64,000 nucleotides of DNA from Octopus vulgaris (taxonomy: Eukaryota), in contig OX597839.1 in NCBI GenBank assembly GCA_951406725.2, positions 26,598,001-26,662,000 of the forward strand, read 5' to 3'. Below are positions 43,847-57,239 of the stretch, in pieces. Position 1 is the first letter of the stretch, and every line of letters starts with the position of its first letter. Under the pieces are notes generated by a model. It was given only the letters and a program-made list of their open reading frames with translations. It had not been told where the DNA came from and made no database searches. Both the position numbers and the translations under genes were made by a program.

Positions 43847-44152
43847 TATATAATATAATTTGAGACAAAACCACTACTTTGCAAAACAAACAAGGAAAGA
43901 CTTAATCAATACATAAAAATTTTTAATATAAAGAAATAAACCGCCACTACAATCATTTCATGTCTTCAATGACATTCGTCAGGTGGACTTTCGATCTCCT
44001 AATCTGTTTTAATTCATAAATTAATGTCATTGAAGACATGAAACGATTGTAGTGGCGGTTTATTTCTTTATATTAAAAATTTTTATGTATTGATTAAGTC
44101 TTTCCTTGTTTGTTTTGCAAAGTAGTGGTTTTGTCTCAAATTATATTATATA
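43847..44152. mobile_element. Penelope-like inverted pLTR relic with a minimal hammerhead motif
   Basis: ~128-bp arms with one visible mismatch and a 46-nt spacer; CTGACGA-stem-GAAA core on the minus strand. Confidence 0.7.
43944..43986 (-). ncRNA. Minimal type I hammerhead ribozyme motif
   Basis: CCAC CUGACGA AUGUC-AUUGAA-GACAU GAAA U-GAUU-GUA GUGG: 4-bp stem I, 5-bp stem II, minimal stem III, GUA cleavage triplet. Confidence 0.65.
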
Positions 44153-44676
44153 TATATATATAGGTATATATGTATATATATATGTGTGTGTGTGTGTTTA
44201 TATATATATATGTATATGTGTGTGTTTATATATATATGTATTTATATATGTGTATATATATATTTGTATGTGTATATACATGTGCTTTAAGGGAGGTGTC
44301 AGACCAGAACAAGCTTTTTATTGTCTTTCCTTCTTTCTAAAATATTATTTACAAATAAAAAATCGAAATTAAATACTAATTATTTATCCAGCTCTTGTTT
44401 TTAAGAAATGAAACTGAAATTGAATAATTTTCTGAGCTGTGGGATTAACATTGTGGAATTTTCCATTAATTTTTGCCATCCTTGAATAAATTTTTAAAAA
44501 AAACAAAAGAAAGGCGTGGCTGTGTGGTTAAGGAGTTTGCTTATCAACCACATGGTTCCGGGTTCAGTCGCACCGCATGGCACACTGGGCGAGTATATTC
44601 TACTATAGCCTTAGACCAACCGAAGACTTGTGATTGGATTTGATAGATGGAAACTGACTGAAACCCATTGTATATC

Positions 44677-45180
44677 ATCATCATCATCATCATCATCATT
44701 GTTTAACGTCCGCTTTCCATGCTAGCATGGGTTGGACGATTTGACTGAGAACTGGCGAACCAGATGGCTGCGCCAGGCTCCAATCTGATCTGGCAGAGTG
44801 CCTAACGCCAGCCACTCCGAGAGTGTAGTGGGTGCTTTTAAAGTGCCTCCGGCACGAGGGCCAGTCAGGCGGTACTGGCAACGGCCACGCTCGAAAATGA
44901 TGTTTTTATACGTGCCACCTGCACAGGAGTCGGTCCAGCAGCACTGGCAACGACCTCGCTCGAATGTTTTGTTCATGTGCCACCGGCACAAGTGCCAGTG
45001 AGGCGATGCTGACAACGATCACGCTCAAATGGTGCCCTTTACGTGCCAGACAGCTGTTCTGGTAGTGATCCCGCTCAGATGGAGCTGTTAGCGCTCCACT
45101 GGCACAGGTGCCAGTCATCGAATTTGGTTCAATTTCGATTTCACTTACCCAAACAGGTCTTCGCAAGCAGAGTTTAGTGT
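44677..45180 (-). mobile_element. RTE 3'-UTR-only copy; related copies at ~895-1035, 4435-4600, 5480-5825, 21560-21745, 39870-40195, 41555-41745, 43535-43675, 47120-47225, 51110-51563, 55330-55592, 55794-56154 and 62670-62860
   Basis: Shares GGTTGGCGTTAGGAAGGGCATCCAGC...CCAACCCATGCTAGCATGGAAAGCGGACGTTAAA(C/T)GATGATGAT with the 41917-42878 element. Confidence 0.85.
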
Positions 45181-45829
45181 ATCTCTCTTTACTCTTTTAC
45201 TAGTTTCAGTCATTTGACTGCAGCCATGCTGGAGCACCGCCTTTAATCAAGCAACTCGACCCCGGGACTTCTTCTTTTTTTTGTAAGCCCAGTACTTATT
45301 CTATCGGTCTCTTTTGCCGAACCGCTAAGTGATGGGGACGTAAACACACCAGCATCGGTTGTCAAGCAATGCTAGGGGGACAAACACAGATACACAAACA
45401 CACACATACACATACATATATATATACATATATACGAGGGGCTTCTTTCAGTTTCCGTCTACCAAATCCACTCACAAGGCATTGGTCGGCCCGGGGCTAT
45501 AGCAGAAGACACTTGCCCAAGATGCCACGCAGTGGGACTGAACCCGGAACCATGTGGTTGGTTAGCAAGCTACTTACCACACAGCCACTCCTGCGCCTAT
45601 ATATATATATATTGTTTGCTTTTGTGGTTTCAGTCTGAGGACTGTGGCCATGATGGGGCACTGCTGTTAAATAGAATCCATGAATAGTTCTGCCGGGGAT
45701 GCTTTCCAACCATATGGTTCCAGGTTCAATCCCACTACACAGCATCTTGGAAAAGTCTTCTACTGTAGCCTTGGGCTGACCAAAGCCTTGTGAGTGGATT
45801 TGGTAGGCATAAACTGAAAAAATCTCGTC

Positions 45830-45872
<43 letters not shown>

Positions 45873-46079
45873 TGTGTGAGTGTGTGTCTGTGTTTTTCAC
45901 CCCCCACCCTCGCTTGACAACCGATGTTGGCCTGTTTATGTCCTCATGACTTAGCGGTTCGGCAAAAGAGACTGAGAGAATAAGTATTTGGCTTACAAAC
46001 AATAAGTCGATTTGTTTGACTAAAGGCGGTGCAGCAGCATGGCCGCAGTCAAATGACTGAAACAAGTAAAAGAGTAAAA

Positions 46080-48560
<2,481 letters not shown>

Positions 48561-51500
48561 TATTTATGGAGATGTAAACACACTAACATTGGTTGTCAAG
48601 CAATGGTGGAGGGACAAACACAGGCACAGAAACATACACACACACACACACACATACAAGACAGGCTTCTTTCAGTTTCCGTCTACCAAATCAAATCACA
48701 AGGCTATACCCACCCCATGGCCCCTCCTGTGCCTATATATATTTATTATCAAAACCACAATCTTATGATCGTAAGTCCAACACACTAACCACTAAGCTAC
48801 GTGCCTCCACAGTTTCAGATGGGTTGGTATGAAAAAGGTTACAATCACATCATCCATCAAATCCATTCACAAAGCTTTGGTTGGCGCAAGGCTATTGTAA
48901 AAGACACTTGTCCAAGGTGCTGCGCAGTGGGACCGAACCTGTAACCATGTGGTGAATTGCTCAACCACACCTGTGCCACTAATTATATGTATTGAAAATG
49001 ACTTCATCCATCATTAAGGTTTTTCATTGCAGTTTGGGTTTTCAAGTTCTTTAAAACTTCAAATTGAAGAAACAAAAATGTTTTCTCTAAAAAAAAAATT
49101 TTTTTAATCTGAAATTCTAATTGAAATCAATACTCTTTTACTCTTTTACTTGTTTTAGTCATTTGACTCCGGCCATGCTGGAGCACCGCCTTTAGTCGAG
49201 TAAATCGACCCCGGGACTTATTCTTTGTAAGACCAGTACTTATTCTCTCAGTCCCTTTTGCCGAACCGCTAAGTGACAGGGATGTAAACACACCAGCATC
49301 GGTTGTCAAGCAATGCTAGGGGGACAATCACAGACACATACACACATATATATATACGACAGGCTTCTTTCAGTTTCCGTCTACCAAATCCACTCACAAG
49401 GCTTTGGTCGGCCCGGGGCTATAGCAGAAGACACTTGCCCAAGATGCCACGCAGTAGGACTGAACCCGGAACCATGACATTTATTTATTTATTTATTTCA
49501 TAGTATTAGATGAGTTTAAATTAAAATTTTGTTTTGAAAATTTTTGATTTCATTCTCCTGGGCCAATGTCTGTTTTAAGAAGGAAGAATATCATATTTGT
49601 ATCTATTAGACATTTTCAGCTAAAAAAAAATAGCAAAAAAAAAATCAATAAAAAACCCGATTTATTCTATATTCTTGCTCCAGATTTATAATCCTTTTGT
49701 TACCAGACTCACTGAAATATGTCTACAATATAAAACAGTTGTTTGAAAGTGATCATATGTGCAGGGGTGGCTGTGTGGTAAGAAGCTTGCTTCCCAACCA
49801 CATGGTTCTGGGTTCAGTCCCACTGCATGGCACCTTGGGCAAGTGTCTTCTACTATAGCCTCAGGCCGACCAAAGCCTTTTACAGCTTAGTGAACTGGAG
49901 CAACGTGAAATAAAGTGTCTTACTCAAGAACACAACACACCGCCCGGTCCAGGAATTGAACTCACTACCTCATGATTGTTAGCCCGATGCTATAACCACT
50001 GAGCCATGCACCTTCCCACTCACAGCTCTAACAACTGTCAGTCAATTAACTGATGAAATGAATTTGCTCAGTGTTTGTGTGTGTGTGTGTATGTAAAAGA
50101 GGGAAAGACCCCCTTTGGTCATGAATGACCATGGGATTGCACCTAAGAAATTCCCCTCTGTGGTACAAGTCCAGGCAAGGTTGTTTATGGAAGACCAGCA
50201 GTCCACCCATGCATACCAGCCTCCCTTCTCCATGCCACCAATGTTGTCCAAGGGAAAGGCAAAGGGGCCGATACAGCTTGGCACCAGTGAAATCACAACT
50301 CATTTCTACAGATGAGTGAAAACTGGAGTAACATGGAATAAAGTGTCTTGCTTAAGAACACAACACGCAGTCCAGTCTGGGAACTGAAATCACAACCTCA
50401 TGGTTGGGAACTTTATGCTCTAACCACTCAGCCATGCACCTTCACACCCACAGCTGTAACGACTGCCACTTAAGTGATGAAAAAAATTTGTTCAGTGTAT
50501 GTGTGTAAAAGGGTAAAGACCCCTTCAGTTATGAATGACCATGGGATTGCACCCTAGAAAGTTCCCCTCCAAGGCACAAGTCCGGGCAAGGTTGTTTATG
50601 GAAGACCAGCAGTCGCCCATGCATACCAGCCTCCTCTCTCCATGCCATCATATGTACAGAGGGTAAAGGGTAAAGACCCCCTTCAGTCATGAATGACCAT
50701 GGGACTATACCTACAAAGTTCCCCTCCGAGGCACAAGTCCGAGCAAGGTTGTTTATGGAAGACCAGCAGTCGCCCATGCATACCAGCCTCCTCTCTCCAT
50801 GCCATCATATGTACAGAGGGTAAAGGGTAAAGACCCCCTTCAGTCATGAATGACCATGGGACTATACCTACAAAGTTCCCCTCCGAGGCACAAGTCCGAG
50901 CAAGGTTGTTTATGGAAGACCAGCAGTCGCCCATGCATACCAGCCTCCCTTCCTTTCCATGCCTCCAATGTTATCCAAGAGAAAGGCAAAGGCCAATACA
51001 GCTAGGCTCAACATCATCTTTATATTCTGAGCTCAGATTGTGCAAAGATCGACTTAGCTTTTCATCCTTTCAGGGCCCGTGAAATAAATACCATTGAATT
51101 ATTGTAATTGACTGGGATCCGTGCTAGTGGAGCACTAAGAGCACCATCCGAGTATGATCATTGCCAGAACAGCTAACTGGCTTCTGTGCCAGTGACACGT
51201 AAAAAGCACCATTCGAGCGTGATCGTTACCAGGGTCGCCTTACTGGCACTTGTGCTGGTACACATGAAAAACCATTCGAGCAATGTCGTTACCAGTGCCG
51301 CTGGACTGGCTCCTGTGCAGGTGGCATGTAAAAGACACCATTTGAGCGTGGCTGTTGCAAGTACCGCCTGACTGGCCCTCATGCCGGTGGCACGTAAAAG
51401 CACCCACTACACTCTCAGTATGGTTGGCATTAGGAAGGGCATCCAGCTGTAGAAACTCTGCCTGATCAGATTGGAGCCTGGTGCAGCCTTCTGGCTTGCC

Positions 51501-52097
51501 AGTCCTCAGTCAAATCGTCCAACCCATGCTAGCATGGAAAGCGGACATTAAACGATGATGATGTAATCAACCATTTTGAACCCCAAAAATTTCAGGCCCT
51601 GTTCCTATAACAGAAAGCGTTATCATTGTCATTATTATGCAGTGAGCTGGTGGAATCTTTAGCATGCCAGGCAAAATGCTTAGTAGCACTTTGTTTGGTG
51701 AAGTGCTTAAAAGTATTTTATCTGTTTTCAAGTTCTAAGTTCAAATTCCGCTGAGGTTGGCTTTGCCTTTCATCCTTTCGGGGTTGATAAATTAAGTACC
51801 AGTGACATACTGGGGTTGATGTAATCGACTAGTCCCCTCCCTCAAAATGGTACCCCTGTGGAAAAATTTGAAACCATTATTATTATTTGTTTGACTTTTG
51901 CTTTGTATTTGTACAAGTTGACTCCAAGCCTCACCCAGAGACCTCAAGAGCCAAGTTAGAAGTTCATGTTGGTGTTACACCTAGGGTATCATATATTTGA
52001 TTTTGCACATAGTATTGTCCTGCTGAATGTTTAAGAAAACAAGAAAATTTTATTATTATCAGTATCATTATTATTATTATTATTATTATTATTGTTA

Positions 52098-52132
<35 letters not shown>

Positions 52133-52196
52133 GTTATTGTTATTATTATTATTATTATTGTTATTGTTATTATTATTATTATTATTGTTATTGTTA

Positions 52197-52233
<37 letters not shown>

Positions 52234-52248
52234 CATTATACTTTCCAG

Positions 52249-52393
52249 TGTGTGCCTGAAGCGGATAACCTCAAATTCCTTCTTCCACAGCGGAGATGAA
52301 GATGACCCGAACAGCGAAAGATCTAACAAAGTCCTTGCCAGCAGAGACATTGAATACAAAATATTCCATTGGCAAGAAAAGGTCTTTTCTCAG
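52249..52393 (+). CDS. MKS1: MKS1 coding exon 2
   Basis: CTTTCCAG acceptor and CAG|GTACAT donor; phase 2 in, phase 0 out. Reads (R)VCLKRITSNSFFHSGDEDDPNSERSNKVLASRDIEYKIFHWQEKVFSQ, matching MKS1 VHLQRITSSNFLH...IGWQEKLFSQ. Confidence 0.93.
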
Positions 52394-53123
52394 GTACATT
52401 GGGGCCAGTGATGCCATTTACTTTCTTTTTCTAAATCTCTTTCACACCATTAATGGCAGTCCTGAATGCTTTAATATTTTTAATTAATGTCGTTAACATA
52501 ATTAAACTTTAAACATTTGTAACTGTTGATGTCATTAATGAGATTAACTGTTTTTAATATTGATCTGTCTTTGATTTTATAATATAAACTTCCTGTTTTA
52601 GAATTATCTAAATTACCTAAGGCGGCGGCGTATTTTGTCTGCCGTTACGTTCTGAGTTCAAATTCCGCTGAGGTCGACTTTGCCTTTCATCCTTTCGGGG
52701 TCGATAAATTAAGTACCAGTTATGCACTGGGGTCGATGTAATCAACTTAATCCGTTTGTGTCCTTGTTTGTCCTCTCTTTGTTTAGCCCCTTGTGGGTAG
52801 TAAAGAAATAGGTATTTCGTCTGCCGCTACGTTCTGAGTTCAAATTCCGTCGTGGTCGACTTTGCCTTTCATCCTTTCGGGGTCGATAAATTAAGTACCA
52901 GTTACGCACTGGGGTCGATATAATCGACTTAATCTCTTTGTCTGTCCTTGTCTGTCAAATGGCTGAAACAAGTAAAAGAGTAAAAGGGTTAAAGTGATAT
53001 AAATTAAGGAGATACTTGGCTACCCCTGTTGGTCAAGAAAGGAGAGGAAAGGGAAAAGCAGTTAAGGAGAAAGTTAGAGGGACGGTCAGACTAGGGGAGC
53101 CTAAAGAAGTGCTGATCTTTAAT

Positions 53124-53206
53124 TGTGGAGGGAACTTATAGAAAGGGTAGACTCAGGAAGACATGGGATGAAGTGGTGGGAAATGATCTCCAGATGTTGA
53201 GCTTTA
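53124..53206 (+). mobile_element. Small RTE ORF C-terminal fragment just upstream of MKS1 exon 3
   Basis: EGTYRKGRLRKTWDEVVGNDLQMLSF is homologous to the 42486-42740 ORF. Confidence 0.75.
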
Positions 53207-53253
53207 CCAATTCTAAACTGTTTTTCATATTTATTTTTTGGTTTTATTTCCAG

Positions 53254-53336
53254 AGAGAAATTACGTTTTACTCCCAGAGAGATTATTGTGAAGGCATCTT
53301 GTCTGAAAAATACCATGAAAGTGTTTGCAAGTTGTT
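53254..53336 (+). CDS. MKS1: MKS1 coding exon 3
   Basis: TTTTATTTCCAG acceptor and GTAAGT donor; phase 0 in, phase 2 out. Reads REITFYSQRDYCEGILSEKYHESVCKL, aligning with MKS1 [27 protein letters not shown]. Confidence 0.9.
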
Positions 53337-53509
53337 GTAAGTGACGATTCCTTTCTTGAACCCTTTGATTTCCAAATTGAATTTAATAACGGTCATTTAT
53401 TTATTCCAGTGACAATGTTAAATATCTTACCGAAAAATAGGATTGGATTGGTATGCCTGACCAGAGCTGCCCTGGGTCGAAACAACAACAACTAAATACT
53501 CTAGCCAAC

Positions 53510-53537
53510 ACTACTACTACTACTACTACTATTACTT

Positions 53538-53595
<58 letters not shown>

Positions 53596-53627
53596 CACTA
53601 CTACTACTACTACCACTACTACTACTA

Positions 53628-53661
<34 letters not shown>

Positions 53662-53717
53662 CACTACCACTACAACTACTACTACCACTACTACCACTAC
53701 TACTACTACTATTACTT

Positions 53718-53760
<43 letters not shown>

Positions 53761-53762
53761 CT

Positions 53763-53814
<52 letters not shown>

Positions 53815-53860
53815 CACTACTACTACTACTACTTCCACCACTACCACCACCACCACCACC
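53510..53860. repeat. (TAC/CAC)n trinucleotide repeat; other triplet tracts: (TAT/TGT)n 52060-52238, (AAT/AAC)n 17575-17662, degenerate (GAT)n 60375-60700 and (TAT)n 60920-61095
   Basis: Direct reading; explains the poly-T/V/I/Y/N/D ORFs. Confidence 0.95.
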
Positions 53861-54640
53861 TCCTCCTCTTCTTCTTCCTTGTCACCTTTGCTCTCATCCC
53901 CCTCATTCTCCCTTTCCCTCCCTCCCTGTTGTCATTGGCTTGATTCAGCCTTGATAAAGCAAGCCTCTGATCAAAGGTGCTCCAACCATGACCATCTCAT
54001 CTTTCTTTCTTACATGCATTGCATCGTCTATCTCAGCTTACCTCATTCAGTGTGCTTCCCTTCCCATTTTATCATTTAAAAAAAAATAGACTACCAACCG
54101 CATGCGTGGCACCTTGAGCAAGTATCTTCTACTATACCCTTGGGCCGACCAAAGCCTTGTGAGTGGATTTGGTAGAAAGAAACTGAAAGAAGCCTGTTGT
54201 GTGTATGTATATATATACTCTTTACTCTTTTACTCTTTTACTTGTTTCAGTCATTTGATTGCGGCCATGCTGAGGCACCACCTTTAGTCGAGCAAATCGA
54301 CCCCGGGACTTATTCTTTTGTAAGCCCAGTACTTATTCTATCGGTCCCTTTTGCCGAACCGCTAAGTGACGGGGACGTAAACACACCAGCATCGGTTGTC
54401 AAGCAATGCTAGGGGGACAAACACAGACACACAAACATATACACACACACACACTTATATATATATATACATATATACGACGGGCTTCTTTCAGTTTCCG
54501 TCTACCAAATCCACTCACATGGCATTGGTCGGCCCGGGGCTATAGCAGAAGATACTTGCCCAAGATGCCACGCAGTGGGACTGAACCCGGAACCATGTGG
54601 TTGGTTAGCAAGCTTCTTACCACACAGCCACTCCTGCGCC

Positions 54641-54671
<31 letters not shown>

Positions 54672-55035
54672 TTGTGTATATGTTTGTGTGTCTGTTTGTC
54701 CCCCCAATATCACTTGACAACCAATGCTAGTGTGTTTACGTCCCTGTAACTTAGTGGTTCGGCTAAAGAGACTGATAAACTAGGCTTACAGCAAATAAGT
54801 CCTGGGGTTGATTTGCTCAACTAAATGTGATGCTCCAGCATGGCTGCAGTCATATGACTGAAATAAGTAAAAGAATATAAAAGAAAAAGAGTAGACTGTA
54901 ATTTGAGAGGGATTTGGCTGCTAATTCCAGCAAGCCATGCAACCACGTGAGAGGTTCTGTCACTGGGTCAATGACCTTCATTCACATTTGTGAAACTCTT
55001 TATCTCACCTGAAATTCTTTCTTTTCATCTTTCAG

Positions 55036-55102
55036 GAAAGAAGGTGCACCACGAAGGAGGTTATTCACCTACGTCAACAACGACAAATTTTTGCCTCCGC
55101 AG
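55036..55102 (+). CDS. MKS1: MKS1 coding exon 4 (gene continues beyond the window)
   Basis: CTTTTCATCTTTCAG acceptor and CAG|GTAAGC donor; phase 2 in, phase 0 out. Reads (L)KEGAPRRRLFTYVNNDKFLPPQ, matching MKS1 NRRIFTYTDSDRY. All four exons splice in frame. Confidence 0.92.
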
Positions 55103-55681
55103 GTAAGCTAAAACTGCAGTCATGTTTCAGCGTGACCTCTTCTTTGTTAACCTTCTTACTTTCACAGGCTGTGCATAATTAGAGCCACTGATATCATTGT
55201 AGCAGGGATTCAGAACCGAATCTCTGCATACCTGGCTAGACATCACGACCAAACCACACTAGTTTCACATGATCAGCCTTTTAAGCAACCACTCAGAGGC
55301 AAGCCACAAAGACACATGCACAGATATATATGCCATGTAAAAGTTGTCATGTAAAACCACCACGTAAAAGCACCCATGTGGCGTCATATAAAAGTGCCTG
55401 TGCAGTGCCATGTGATGCCACATAAAAGCACCCAGTACCCTCTGTAAAGTGGTTGGTGTTAGGAAGGGCATCCAGCCGTAGGAACCATGCCAAATCAGAC
55501 AATGGAGTCTGGTGCAGCTGCTCCCCAGCTTGCCAGCTCTGGTCAAACTGTCCAACCCATGACAGCATGGACAATGGACCTTAAATGATGATGCTTCAGT
55601 ATGTGACAAGGCTGGTCCCTTTGAATTACAGTTACAACTCATTTTTTGCCAGCTGAGTAGACTTGAACAATGGGAAATAAA

Positions 55682-56401
55682 TTGGAGTAAAGATTATTTG
55701 CCAACATAACATGGCAGTCCTGGTTTAGGACAAATGTTGCTGTAATTTAGCCCCGGGAGACATCGTCTCCAGCTGGCTATACAACACAGTCTGTCATCAT
55801 AATCATCATCATCGTTTAACGTCCGTTCTCCATGCCAGCATGGGTTGGACAGTTCGACCGGGGTCTGGGAAGCCAGGAGGCTGCAGCTGGCTCCATCCAG
55901 TCTGATCTGGCAGTGTTTCTACAGCTGGATGACCTTCCTAATGCCAACCACTCCGCGAATGTAGTGGGTGCTTTTTACGTGCCACCGGCACAGGGACCAA
56001 GTGGCCATGATCGGTTGGTGCGTTTTACCTGTCACTGACATGGACGCCAGTCATGCAGCGCTGGCATCAGACATGTTTGGATGGTCCTATTATGTGCCAC
56101 CGGCATGGGTATCATAACTACAATTTCCATTTGATTTTTATTTTGATTTTGATGTGTCCTTATAATTTCGAACAAGGGAATCTAGCACCCCCCCCCCCCC
56201 CACTCAGCTCAAAACAATATCTGTGTATCGCAATTTTGGGGTTATTTCCCTTCATCAGCACAGAATAACTGTTCGAAATTATAAGGACACAGATCGTGTC
56301 GTACAGCCAGCTGGAGACGATGTCTCCTGGGGCTAAATTACAGCAACATTCGTCCTAAACCAGGACTGCCATGTTATATTGACAAACAATCTTTACTCCA
56401 A
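55682..56401. mobile_element. Penelope-like fold-back relic; left arm interrupted by an RTE 3' tail; contains a degenerate hammerhead (56220-56264, -)
   Basis: Arm 55682-55793 + 56154-56173 versus arm 56270-56401. Minus strand reads UCUGUG CUGAUGA AGGG-AAAUAA-CCCC AAAA UUGCGAUA CACAGA. Confidence 0.65.
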
Positions 56402-57203
56402 AGTACTGTTGCTGAATATCTCACGTTTTGAGATTTACAGATAGTAATTTTCAAAGTGAAATAAATTGTCTTGCTCAAGGACACAACGCTTCCCCCCCAT
56501 CCCCCAGTAATCAAAGTCATTGCCTTTTAATTGAGAGGTAGATACCCTGGCCATTAAGCGACACACCTTCTATTTTTATTCGCTTCTGTACAGGTGTGGA
56601 ATTTAAGTCAGTCAAGACAGGGTTTGAACCTGAATTGCAGGCATAGGAAATTGAATGCTGTGCTCCATTAACTCTTGTGCTTTGTACTGTGTCAAGGAAA
56701 CCTACTGCCCTCTATGGAATGGGGGATTGTTTCCGCACAATAATTCCCTCCAGCGGATACAATAACTTGTTTGTGAAAGGTAATATTTGTGTATATAGGT
56801 GTGTATGTGTGTGCATGAATGAACACGTGTATGTGTGTGTGCTTGTGAGTCTGTGTATGTTTGTCTATATTTATGTATGTGTGAGTACGTGTGTGTGTGT
56901 GTGTGTGTGTGAGTCTGTAATTATGTCTATGCGTGCATGTGTGTGTGTTTGTCTCTGTGTGTTTGTAATTATGTGTATATGAGTCTAAGTATGTGTGTGT
57001 GTGTGTGTGTATGTCTGTAAGTATATGTATGTATGCATTTATCTGTAAGGATATATTTGTATGCATGTGTGTGTGTTTGTGTGTGTGTTTGTCTGTGTGT
57101 GTTTGTAATCATGTGTGTATGAATCTAAGTATGTGTGTGTGCATACATGTGAATTTGTATGTGTGTGTATGTGTGTGTTAGTTTGTAAGTATATGTCTGT
57201 ATG

Positions 57204-57239
<36 letters not shown>

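Noticed and set aside
44830-45120. CRISPR-like repeat-spacer appearance
   Set aside because: The spacers are homologous to each other, the array is part of an RTE 3' UTR, and there are no cas genes in this eukaryotic context.
53401-54079. Poly-T (mucin-like) and poly-V ORFs
   Set aside because: (TAC)n repeat inside MKS1 intron 3, with no splice support.
53254-55102. Resemblance of RRRLFTYVNN to the sphingosine/ceramide kinase RRLLVFVNP motif
   Set aside because: The NPxGGxG motif is absent, and the four spliced exons align collinearly with MKS1.
56594-56780. Possible MKS1 exon 5 after TTCTGTACAG
   Set aside because: In-frame stop and no MKS1 similarity; exon 5 probably lies beyond the window.
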